64,000 nucleotides of DNA. It comes from Chrysomallon squamiferum. Taxonomy: Eukaryota; Animalia; Mollusca. The translations under genes were made by a program, and so were the position numbers. The stretch lies in contig CM022666.1 of NCBI GenBank assembly GCA_012295275.1, forward strand, positions 682,001 to 746,000, in the 5' to 3' direction. Each line of letters begins with the position of its first letter. The stretch's first letter is position 1. Positions 1 through 11,352 of this stretch are shown one piece after another. The notes under the pieces are model-generated. The model ran no database searches. It was not told where the DNA came from and saw only the letters and a program-made list of their open reading frames with translations.

Positions 1-9
1 TTACTGCAG

Positions 10-839
10 GTATCAAAATGTATTATTCGGGATCAGGAACTTCGGGCAGATACAACTTCAGACCGAGACACGGACAAACCAGATACAACACAGGACATCG
101 CGGTCCTCGTCAATCCAGCTTCGGAGACCTCAGTGAAGACGAACAGACAGAAATCGCCATTCAGAACAGTCTCAGTGACAGTGGGCCCAGCCATCAGTCA
201 CAGCCTGGTGAGTAAGTGGCTGTCACTAGTCACTCTAGAATGAGCATTCACCACTCACAGTTGTGTGAGTAGTCACTAAAAACATTGGTGTGAGTAGTCG
301 CTAAAAACATTTGGGTGAGTAGTTACCCAGGCAGGTTAATAGTCACCAGTCATTCAGGTTAGTAGTCACCAGTCACACTTAGGGTGACAGTCACCAAACA
401 GGTAATTAAATGGCAATCACTAGTGACACATAGCTAAGCAGTAATTTTTTATTTTTCTGTTTATAAATCTGTCCGTTTTTGATGTACAAAAATTAAATCA
501 CAATAAAAAACAAAAAGGACACGTGTCCCTTCGTGCATCTTCAGCAACTTGTTAATTTACTGATATACTTTGTTATTAGGAAAGATTGGGTGCCAGTTTA
601 AAGTAATAAGTGAGAAGCATACGAAATGTTCATGTCGCCTGATGTGTCATTTTACTATTTAAAAAAAAAAAAAAAAAATGTGATGATGATGATGATAATA
701 ATAATAATAATAATAATAATAAGATATGATTTTTTTGTATTTTATTTGTTTTGAGAGATATTTAGCTGTGTTTTTTCTTGCAGGTATCTATCCAGATCTG
801 GATGAATTACGTCAAAGAAGATTGCAGAGATACAACTGA
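10..839 (+). CDS. RHBDD1: Rhomboid-related protein 4 (RHBDD1/RHBDL4), last two coding exons: join(10..207,784..839); 5' part lies upstream of the window
   Basis: Seen: acceptor tgcag|G at 10, donor G|gtgagt at 208, acceptor ttgcag|GT at 784, phases match (1/1), stop TGA 837-839. The peptide ...DLSEDEQTEIAIQNSLSD...GIYPDLDELRQRRLQRYN* has a UIM-like helix followed by a p97/VCP-binding-like motif, the same order as the human RHBDL4 C-terminus (SEEEQLERALQASL...EEMRRQRLHRF). The rhomboid domain itself is not in the window. Confidence 0.78.
208..430. repeat. Degenerate ~25-bp tandem repeat (gtgagtagtcactaaaaacattggt-like) starting at the RHBDD1 donor site
   Basis: Repeated gtgagt/agtcac words at about 266, 291 and 315, decaying to about 430. 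Confidence 0.6.
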
Positions 840-3800
840 TCTCAGAACTTTCTTTAAATTTATCTTTCTGCTTTTTTATATTTTTTTAATTCTGTTTATT
901 TCTTCATTTATTACATTTCTCAGATACGGTAATAAAGAAATATATCTGTGTGTGTGTATGGGCATGCTTGTGTGCTGCATGTGATTGTGCATGAAAATGA
1001 AAGCATGTGAGAGTGTACATGTGTCATAAATTGTTATATGCATTGTAGACATGCATTTTATTACATACATACACACATATATATATATATATTTTTTTTT
1101 CTTTGTTAGATGTCTTCATCTGTACAAATATTTAAAAAACATCTGTATGGACAGTACATTAAGATTATAAATTCATAAACATTATCTCTCTCTCTCTCTT
1201 TGTCATAAACACACACACATATATATATGGGTGTAGGTATAATTCTCACCGAAGTTCCTTTCCAAATACTTCAGCTATTGAGATACAATAAACCCTCAAA
1301 AAGAGTCAAAAAAGTAATACCTTTTTATAATTTATACATTTTTCTTTCTTTTTATACATACATATAACAACCTCTCAGTTTTTCTAAATATAAAGAATGG
1401 AATGATTCCCTTTTCAGTTAAAAAATAAAATAAAAAGCTATGGTATTTGTAATTTATTTATTTTTTGTTTTGTTTTTTTGTTTTTTGTTGTTGTTGTTTT
1501 TGTGAAATGATAATTCCTAACAAACATGGTGCTGCATTAACATATAAATGTCTGTTAAAATAAAATATATAGATGTATGAATATAATTTTATATTGATAT
1601 AATAATGAAAATAAACTGAAATAAATTGTTTAAATTGTAGACAGTTTATTTTTTCAGTTTGCTTTCATTATTATATCAATTTAAAAATAAATATTTAATA
1701 GGTAATTTCAGTTTTCCAGTTGTTGTTTTTCCAGATGTTTTATTTTTGTTTTTACTTTTTTTCTCTATAATTGAAGGGGCTTTTTCATTATAATTATTAT
1801 TATTATTATTATTATTTATTTTTTATTATGGTTTCTTTTTCTTTCAAACTGAAGGTTTTATTATTATTATTATTATTATACTTGGGAAAACCAGTTCCAG
1901 TAGATGGGTTAATATCTATTAACCAAAAATACGTAAACACCTTTCAGCTGAAATATACTATTTTTTTAACTGAGTTAGATCTCAATACCTCAAATTTTGT
2001 TTTCTTTCTTGTAATAAATGTAATCCAGTAGTGGTGCAAGTTGTTAAAATCAATTTATGTTCTATGTGTTTTGTTCTGTTAATAAAATTTTATATCTATG
2101 TTATATCTTTACATCTTGTTGTTATTTTACCCATTGTCATGATGAACAGAATGAAGGATGAATTAGTTTAACAAGACTTTAGGTCATTTTAGCATTAACA
2201 GTAAAAATTGTGTGTGGGTGCATGCATGTGCATGTTATTTACAGAAAATATGAAGAATTCAGAGGTAAAGCCTGTTATATTCATTTTACCTTTAACTGGA
2301 CTTTGGTGGCAAATTCTAATGCCATTTATTAGCACACATTTTAATCAAAATGATGTTTTTTGTCCTATTCATTCAGCTGCTTATGAAAAAGAAAACAGTT
2401 CACAAGTAAATAATGAGAACACAGTTCAGATTAATTTTATTTGCTTACATTTTGTTTCATAACAATGAACACGTAATTAAAGTATTAAAAATACAAATAA
2501 AATATTCTTTAAGTAAATATAAAGAATATTAATTAGTACTAATAATAGAGATTTAGTGACAAAACATTTAACACTCAGATTATTTTAAAATGGAATTTTC
2601 ATTGATGATAAGAAAGAAACAAACCTGCAAACAGATTACACAGCACATACCTTTGATAAATCCACCATGGAGCACTGGTTGGAACTGATAAAAGTAGATG
2701 ATATTATGATTATCCATTATTGTAATAGATTCATGATTCAATGTGTCAGATATTTTAACTGTGACCATTAAAGTCAAATGAGCACTGCAGTAGTCTACAG
2801 GTGTTCAAAAAAGTTAATTAATAAAATCTTATGAAGTAACAGTCACATAACTGGGTATGCAACATCTTTGTCTATTAGTTCTTCTATTGTAACACAAACA
2901 AGCTTTGAGATGACAAATTTCTTTTTTATTTTATAATCCTGCTACTGTTTCATCCAAACATTCCAATTATCAGTATTTAGCTCAAGACATGAATGATGGT
3001 AATCTCTACCTCAGCTGGATTAGATAAAGATTATTCCAGCAGAATTCAGTTCATGTGTTATTATTATGGGACATTAACACTAGCAACTAAAACAGCTTTG
3101 GTTGGCACATACCACTGTCTGGAAGAAAACCATTTTCCTTTTCAACAGAACATCTGCTACATCCACACACAACAGAACTGAACCAACGTTTTGTCCTCAC
3201 TGCAAGAAATGTTTCACATCAGACAGTTTTCCTTTGAATGAGTAATTAGTACTGTGATGAATGACAAATTAACTGTCAAAGTTATATCTTGTAGACAATA
3301 AACATGTCACTCTGATAAAAGAGTATATTACTTTCTTGACAACTGAAATGAAAAATGAGCACAGTATTTAATTTCATCTTCTTCAAAATTGAAATAAAAA
3401 AAATAAAAATTGTTTACATTATTTCCATCATTTAATTTTACCAAAATAAATTTCATCTTCAAAAGAAACCTAAAACAATTTGATATTTTTTGGTGTTAGC
3501 TAATAAGGAATTTATCGTGTATAATTCAGTAAAAGTATGATACAACAGACTATTGCATTTCTAAGGCAGTCAAAAGTGCACTGGTTGGAACAGTAGAAAA
3601 TAAAATATCAGCTCCGAGGATGGATGTAACTCATCACATCTTAGCAGTCACTCCAACCACCAAAACAGAAGCATGCTAACACAAATTCATGAAGCTACAA
3701 TTCTACTTTTAATAACAAAATACACAGAAAACTAACTGTAATTTATCAATTCAAGTCTACTGCAGTGAAACTAATACTAAATGCTGTATTCTGATACCTG

Positions 3801-4207
3801 TCATCCTTTACATGTTTTATCTAATTGAGTCACTTCATCGTGGAAATCTGATGGGACAGGGTCATCAACGTTGTCTCCACACTGGTAAACTCGGTTTCTT
3901 TTCTTCTGTGTAGATGTTGTATGTCCCTGTGCGGATGATGTTAACATGTTGCCACATCTGTCACAAAGACAGGATTCAATGAGCATGGCATCAGAGTCAG
4001 TCTGTGTATCTGTGTAAATAAAATAAACATATTTACATATAGAAAACTTCCAACTATTCAACATATATATATATTTACATTATAGAAAACTTCCAACTAT
4101 TCAATACAAACATACATGCATATATATATATATACATACATTCATACATACATACATACATAACATACATACATACACATACATACACATACATACACAA
4201 CATACAA

Positions 4208-4244
<37 letters not shown>

Positions 4245-5540
4245 TACACACACAAATAATAAGTATCAAATACAATAATTTAAACTTACGTACACCTGGT
4301 CCTTTGGACAGGTTTCTCATCTGGTATATCTGTCTGCAATGATATGTTCTTGGTTGTGTGCAGACGGTCATATTGTGTTGATGTGTCTCTCATCTTTGGT
4401 TCAGTATCGTTCATGTCGTCTGACAGATCATCTGCAGAATCATCTCCAGCAATTGACATGTAGGTCACAGGGTCATCAAAGACATTGGGCAAGTCATCTC
4501 TATAATCTGTCACACTTCTGACAATCTACAAATACACTGCATAGAATAATTAAAATGTTTGACAAGAACTTGACATGTTTTGATGGTATCATTTATTATC
4601 TGTCACTGATGTTTCATATGTAACAGGAATATGAGAGAAGAAACCTTCTCCCTTCATTTGGTGGACTCATCAAGTTATTTCTTGTTCATGCCAGTGCTCC
4701 ACAACTGATATAACAAAGACCATGGTACATACTCTCCTGTCTATGAGTTGGTGCATATAAAAGATCCCTTGCTGCTAATCAGAAAGAGTAACCCATGTAC
4801 TGATGTAGTGGTAGCAACATTTTTGTTCTCTTTTCTTCACCTTAATTATGTCCAGTGCCGCATAACTGTAAAATATAAATGTGTTTGGCCCTTCTTTCTG
4901 GCATCATTTCAATAACAATGTAAAGAATGATAATGAACAAAATTTATTTTGGGAATTATAAACAATGTATACCTTAAACAGGGCCAAACCTTCAGCCATC
5001 TGTAGCTTTAATTAGCCATTTTAAGTAACAGTTAATCACTATTACAAAATCAAGAATATGAACTGAGGAAACTATTAAAGCAATACAATTATAAATTGTT
5101 ACATAATTATAATTATCACTGTGGCAAGCACGTAATGTTTATTCCGATTACTTTTTCCGCTATTAAATATTAAAATGAAATGTGCTCACCCTAGGCACTT
5201 TTCTTTTTCGTGTAACTCTATTTGACAATCTCGCATTTGCTGATGTTAGTGGCCAGGAAAGAGTTTTTGGATATATTGTGGGAACTGCATCCTTTTTTAA
5301 AATCAGTTTACATGCCAGTGACATATCATATTGCATTTTATTTTCGTAATTATCGTCTACGAAGTGTTCACTACATATGTATGACGTGTTAGTAGGATGC
5401 CAGTTTGCTCTGGTTCTTTGTACGAAACGTGTCCAAGCTTCCCTGAGCCGTTTGTTGGATGCTGGTGGAAATTTATGTACGGATATTTCTTTCTCTATTG
5501 CAGTATTGCTACAACCGTAGACAACACAGCGCCAAACCAT
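3801..5540 (-). CDS. THAP (C2CH zinc finger) domain protein; exons 5540..5190, 4525..~4294, 4009..3801
   Basis: Exon 1 has the full THAP signature: C-x4-C (CVVYGC), HKFP, W..FV, ICSEHF and the AVPTI box. Donor AGG|gtgagc and acceptor ttgtag|ATT are in phase 0. Exon 2 is acidic. The exon 2/3 junction is uncertain: the in-phase donor is T|gtacgt, while the stronger-looking AC|gtaagt leads to an early stop. Confidence 0.82.
4640..4900 (+). mobile_element. SINE-like dispersed repeat (best copy in the window), in THAP intron 1
   Basis: Core ccagtgctccacaactg...caaag.ccatggta...cctgtct.tgag.tggtgcatataaaagatcccttgctgctaatc. Diverged copies recur at about 26735-26830 (+), 2640-2695, 3545-3670, 35630-35860, 36330-36530 and 63890-63960 (-). 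Resembles a Nin/Deu-core mollusc SINE from memory; not verified. Confidence 0.68.
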
Positions 5541-6041
5541 GTTATCATTTTATAGAGACTAATTATGTAATCATCTAAGTTAGCTAAAGTGTCGTTCGTG
5601 TAATAATGATCATATGATGTCTCCGATTTTAATAAAGGACGTTCAATGTTTAGATGAAAGGTATTATTGTAAATTACACATAAAACAAAACGAGATGAAC
5701 TGGTAAACATTCATTAGCAGTTAATATCACGTGACAATATTTCCCTTCTATGATATAAATGTATCAATCCGATAAACAGCTTAATAATAGTATTTAAAAT
5801 TTCAGTCTCCGCGCCCTTTAACAGCATTCAGAGTTCTGTTAGAGTAGTCTGCCCTTATAAACATTCTCATAAATTTTAGTACAAAAAGGTATTAACTTCC
5901 GGTTTGTTAAGTACAAGTCTCTTTCTATAAAATTATATTTATTATCATTTATTATAAATAAATATCTTTCTTGAATTTATCTTTGTTTAATTATATAATT
6001 GGGTTTTACCTCTGACAATTCTTTAAACAAATTTAGAAATA

Positions 6042-6074
<33 letters not shown>

Positions 6075-6519
6075 CGCTGAAAACTCTGTGACGTTCTGTG
6101 ACACTTACAAGTTACAGTAACTGAGTAAGTTGTAATACTGTATAATGTATTGTAATATTATCTTAAACAATATAATTTAACAAAGTATTAGTACTAATGA
6201 TAATATAAATATATCTGTATTCTAAACTATAGTAACATGTAATACCTTATAACTTTAAGTTATATTATTACAGTAACAGTGCTGAGTGTAGTAGACCGAG
6301 TAGTCAGTGTCACAAATGTAAAGTAATATTCTGATTTTTAATTTTAATATGTTTCTTATATAATGATAACAAGTTATTAATAAATAAATTAAATATTACC
6401 CTTTTTCAATTTATTTATTTTAAAATAAATTAAATTAATTACAAAACAAACACAAAAAGTATGATTAAAAATGTAACTTCAATATATTTTTAATTAAGTA
6501 TAACAAACCATTAATGAAC

Positions 6520-6566
<47 letters not shown>

Positions 6567-6982
6567 GCTCCAACAGTATTAATGATCTTTATCTTAGAAT
6601 TAGTTTCATTAGAAACTTTATAACCATTCAACATTAAAACTGAATTGTTTGTGCCATGGAAGATAAAACTGAAATATATTAATGTGCAGCAATAAAACAT
6701 ATATAATTATAAAACTTTTATTTACTAAAATATTTTTTATCTGATTGCAGTATTCCTAAATTCTTCATTGGTCCTAACATAGCCGAAAATACTTGATGAT
6801 GTATACTATTATTAATAAATTGTAAAAGATATATAATTATAAAATCTTTTTATTAAAATATTTTTGTATAATTGCAGAATGCCCAAATTCTTCATTGGTA
6901 CTTGATGACATGGCAGAAAATACTTAAAGATGTTAATAATGGAAAACATCTGCTTTAAAATGCTGAAAACAATAGCATAATC
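5541..6982. promoter_or_regulatory. Divergent promoter and 5'UTR region between the THAP gene and the orphan membrane-protein gene
   Basis: Start codons point away from each other (5540 -, 6983 +). ETS-type ACTTCCGG at ~5896, E-box TCACGTGA at ~5727, and motif AGAGTAGTCTGCCCTT at 5841-5856. Confidence 0.5.
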
Positions 6983-8009
6983 ATGATAATGCAGCATTTT
7001 ATTGTGTTAGCAGTTTTTATTCTTCATTCTGTGCAAGGTATGTTTGTTATTATTTAATTATAGTATATGTAATTTTATTGTACATTTAACTAATTGTTCT
7101 AACAGCTTCTCGTGATCTTTTGTAATAAAATATAACACATTAATAAATGTGACAGTAAGACAAGTGAAAGAGATATAGATATGCAGAGCAGACATTATCA
7201 TATTCACACAGGATACAGTTATACACATTTGTAATGCACATAATAATTATATACAAGCTATATATATATATATAACAGTTATAAGGCTTATGCTCATAGA
7301 TACATATATGCATTTATTATCCTTAATCTCTAATTTTACTGTATTAATCCATATATATACTTATATACATTTGTTCACCCTTTTGTATGTTTAATTATCT
7401 TGAATGTAATGATTTCTCAAACTTGATTCCAAATCCCTGCAGCTTAAAGACTGAGAGAGTTTACTGTATGTGTGTACATGTATATATATATATTATTATA
7501 TACATACATGTATGTATGATTATGTATGTATGTGTGTGTGTGTGTGTATGTCTGTATGTGTGTATGATTATGTATGTATGTATGTATATGTATGTATGTG
7601 TGTGTGTGTAACGTACGTATATGTATACGTATATCTTTTATAATTACAGGTCAGATTTGTTATTTTTTTCAATACAATGCTGACTGTCGCTACAGAGTTG
7701 ATGGTGCATCGATGGGACACATAATGGTCCACGTTAACCACTGCAACGATCCTGTTGATGTCACCTTTAGAATTACTGTAAGATATTTCTTTTATTTCAC
7801 CTTTGTCTTACCTTGTATCTACATAACACTGTCATTTCTAAACTTCTGTAAGATATTTCGTATATTTCACTTTCTTCTTACCTTATTTCTGTGTGACATA
7901 TTTGTTGGTCTTAACTACTAGATTTATTATCTGGTTTAGAGATAAAACTAATCAGCTTCATGGGCTGAATTATTTAAAAGATGTTTTAGTTTGTATGAAA
8001 GTAATTGTA

Positions 8010-8061
<52 letters not shown>

Positions 8062-9667
8062 AAGACAGAGAAAGAAAGGGAACTGATCAGTAATATATAT
8101 TTTAGTTAGTTTGAAAACTAGATGTGTTTTATTTTTAAAATTTATGAATATGAAAATCTATTTTAAAAGATATTTAATTGTAAATATGGAAGTACATTCA
8201 GAAATTATTTTTATCTATTTTTTTTATGAATAAATATATTAAAAAAAAAATAACCAAAGCTTGATGGTATTTTTTTTACTGTATAATAAATATTATCCTA
8301 ACAGAAAATTTGTTTTGTTATTCATCAGTGTGAATATCCATCATTTTCCTGGAGTCACACGTTTGCAAACGATAACGAAATAACAGATGTGAAAGGATTC
8401 GATGTCCAAGTTCGACTGCAGGTGATGTTGTCAGTGGACAATGATCAGAGACTAGGTATAAAAGTGAGTAACCACTGTTAAAAAACCCCAACCAAAAACA
8501 GCCAAATGCAGTTATGACTCAAAAAGAAAACGTCAGTACAAGTTTAAATGATACAGAGATTTCAATTTGATATGTACAATATGAGGTTAAGTTACCCATG
8601 TATGTCCATATATTTATTTGTCTTTATAACATTTTTGTTTTTACTTTTTACAGGCTTTTTTCATACTTGAGGGACAAGCTTTGACTCAGTTTATAGACCA
8701 GAAGGTTCATCTCACAAACTTAGAGCAATGTCTTACATGTAAGTAATATAACACACACACGCATGCATGCATGCACACACACTCACACACATATGAAAAC
8801 TGTTTTTGATAAGGCTGAGTAAACCCTACAGTTTCAGTTGCCACTGATAACTATTTTTGAACTTTTTATCTTTGAAGATAATACAAAATAAAATTATTTT
8901 TATTTAATTTCAAAATTATAAGCAAATTAAATATTGTCATTGTTCATACTTGTGTATCTTGTAGCCTATATGATTAATTTTTTTATTTATTATAAGCAAA
9001 TTAAATGTTGTCATTGTTCATACTTATGTATTTTGTAGCCTATATGATTAGTCTTTTTAAGAAATGATTCGGAATATAATATTTGACTATATTCAAATAT
9101 TTATGAAGGAACCATATCATTTAGATAATTATAGATTAATTGCTTTTTAATTATACTTTAAAATAAGAAGCAAACAATTTATTTTTCCTTGTTCAGATTT
9201 GTGTATCTTTTCATATATTATTATTAAGAAAAAGAAAACATAATATTTTTAAATGAAACCGTTAAACATTTTAAATGTTTCTGAAGATAATAAATTCATT
9301 TATTTTTCTTTCAGTGAACTCTGCAGGACAGATAGCTGTTGGAATTCTTGGTGCACTGGTTGCCATAGCAGCCATTCTCCTAGTCACACTTCTGTACATG
9401 AGGCACCAGCTGAAGAAAGCCAGACAGCAGAATTTGGTGGAAAACATGGAATCAGATTCAGACTCCAGATCCACCGGGAATGTCTTCACAACAAACAGTG
9501 AACCCATGGTTAGGTACCTACACACCATTCCGGAATATTCCGAGACAGAAAGCTCAGACATGGCAGTTACAGGGGGTAACACGAATTTCGCTTCTGCTGA
9601 GCATAATAATACAGACAGAGAAAGGTTTCATAATAACAATAATAGTGGAAATGTTTTTCAGACTTAG
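6983..9667 (+). CDS. Uncharacterised type-I single-pass membrane protein, 251 aa: join(6983..7037,7650..7777,8329..8463,8654..8738,9315..9667)
   Basis: All four introns are GT-AG with matching phases (1,0,0,1); total 756 nt = 252 codons. Signal peptide MIMQHFIVLAVFILHSVQG, a Cys-containing ectodomain with beta-strand-like patterning, TM helix IAVGILGALVAIAAILLVTLLYM, basic stop-transfer RHQLKK, and a polar tail. Confidence 0.85.
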
Positions 9668-10007
9668 ACTGCTGGAGATATTCGTGTTAGTCGTTCAGAA
9701 AATATTACCGTTCAGACAGCCAATCAGAATGACCGTTATTTAGGAAGTGTTTGGCAGAATCATGTGACATGTGATTTAATTCACTGAGACAAACTGAAAG
9801 GGTGTTACAATGAATTTGATTTCTAACCATAATTAGGAGAAAATAATATAACTGGGCAGCAGTGTAGAATAATCCTGTTAGCAACAAAAATGAATTTTGT
9901 TACAAAAAAAAACAATTTCACTGAATGATATTTTATTTGGGTATTGACCACAAAAATACAATTGAAGTATATTAAATTATATTAATGGATAAATATACTT
10001 CTATGCA

Positions 10008-10009
<2 letters not shown>

Positions 10010-10082
<73 letters not shown>
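10010..10082. repeat. (TG)n microsatellite, representative of many TG/CA, AG, TAA, TAG and CATATA tracts in the window
   Basis: Seen directly. Other examples at 6521-6562, 11225-11345, 31970-32247, 33629-33697, 34643-34780, 50312-50590 and 54355-54415. Confidence 0.95.
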
Positions 10083-10084
<2 letters not shown>

Positions 10085-11223
10085 AAGGAAAATGTTCGAA
10101 GTTATTTTTTGTTAAAGACTGATAATTCTGATAATACATAAATATTCAGAATTATTCAAGCACATTCCACAATTAACAGAGGATTATATTCTCCATTATT
10201 AATTAAATACAAAGAGATAACAGTGATAATTAATATTTGTTTTAATTTTAAAAAATATATAATTAATAAAATAACATGAAATGATGATCATTAAACACTG
10301 ATACTTTAAAAACAAATTTACCAAATATATAAACATTTTTTTACTCATCTACTTAAAATTATTTTTATATATATTTTTTTACTAGACGATAATGACTTGA
10401 CATTGTATTGCAAGAAATTATTTTATTTTATAAATTTGTATTTGTAGATAACTGCAATTTTTGAACTGTTTAGTCACAAAACATACTACATGTTAAACAT
10501 TCAAGTATATAGAGAGATCTGATAGCTGTCTGTTATCTACAGTTTTGTTTATAATAATTCATTATGTATTCTTTATTTTTTTAATATTATTTTATTTTAT
10601 TTCAGTTTGTTTTATTTTATTTTATTTTTTTAAAATTAATTTCTAAGCATTAATAATTAATATTCATTTTGTAAACAAAATGCATCACTGTTAAAAATTT
10701 TGGAAAAATTTTTTCAGAAAAGATGATAAACTTGTCTGTATAAGTAAAATCAATTTTATTAGCACATTCATATAAATATTAAAATAATTCTTTACATTTC
10801 TTAACGTTAATTTGTTTTATTTCACTCAGATACTGTTTTCTTTATAGATATATATATATATATTAAAAAAAATCATATTATAATTATAATTTAAAAAAAT
10901 ACAATTATGTATCTTGAATTAAATTTTCAAAAATTATGTAAGCTTTAAATATGAACATTTAGCAAGAAACAAACTTGCCAATTGTAAGTAAAGTTTTGAG
11001 CTTTCTCGATTTTATTATGATATTTCTCAGTTCAAATTCCTTATAAGACATTTTCCTGTCAACAGTACCATAAAACGTACCAGTCTGTGTAGAGTAATAT
11101 GGCAAGGATTAGTGTAATAATAATAGATATAAATGTCGGTTTTACAGAATTGACCATTGCAGGTGTTTTGTTAAAATGTAAATTTATCTTCAGTAAGCAA
11201 GAAGTCTGTGAAACCATTTTGAG

Positions 11224-11287
<64 letters not shown>

Positions 11288-11304
11288 TATATACATATAC
11301 ATAT

Positions 11305-11352
<48 letters not shown>

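Noticed and set aside
2580-2777. ORF with FYQFQPVLHGG as a further transposase segment
   Set aside because: The motif derives from a reverse copy of the SINE-like repeat (ttccaaccagtgctcca), so the resemblance is probably fortuitous.
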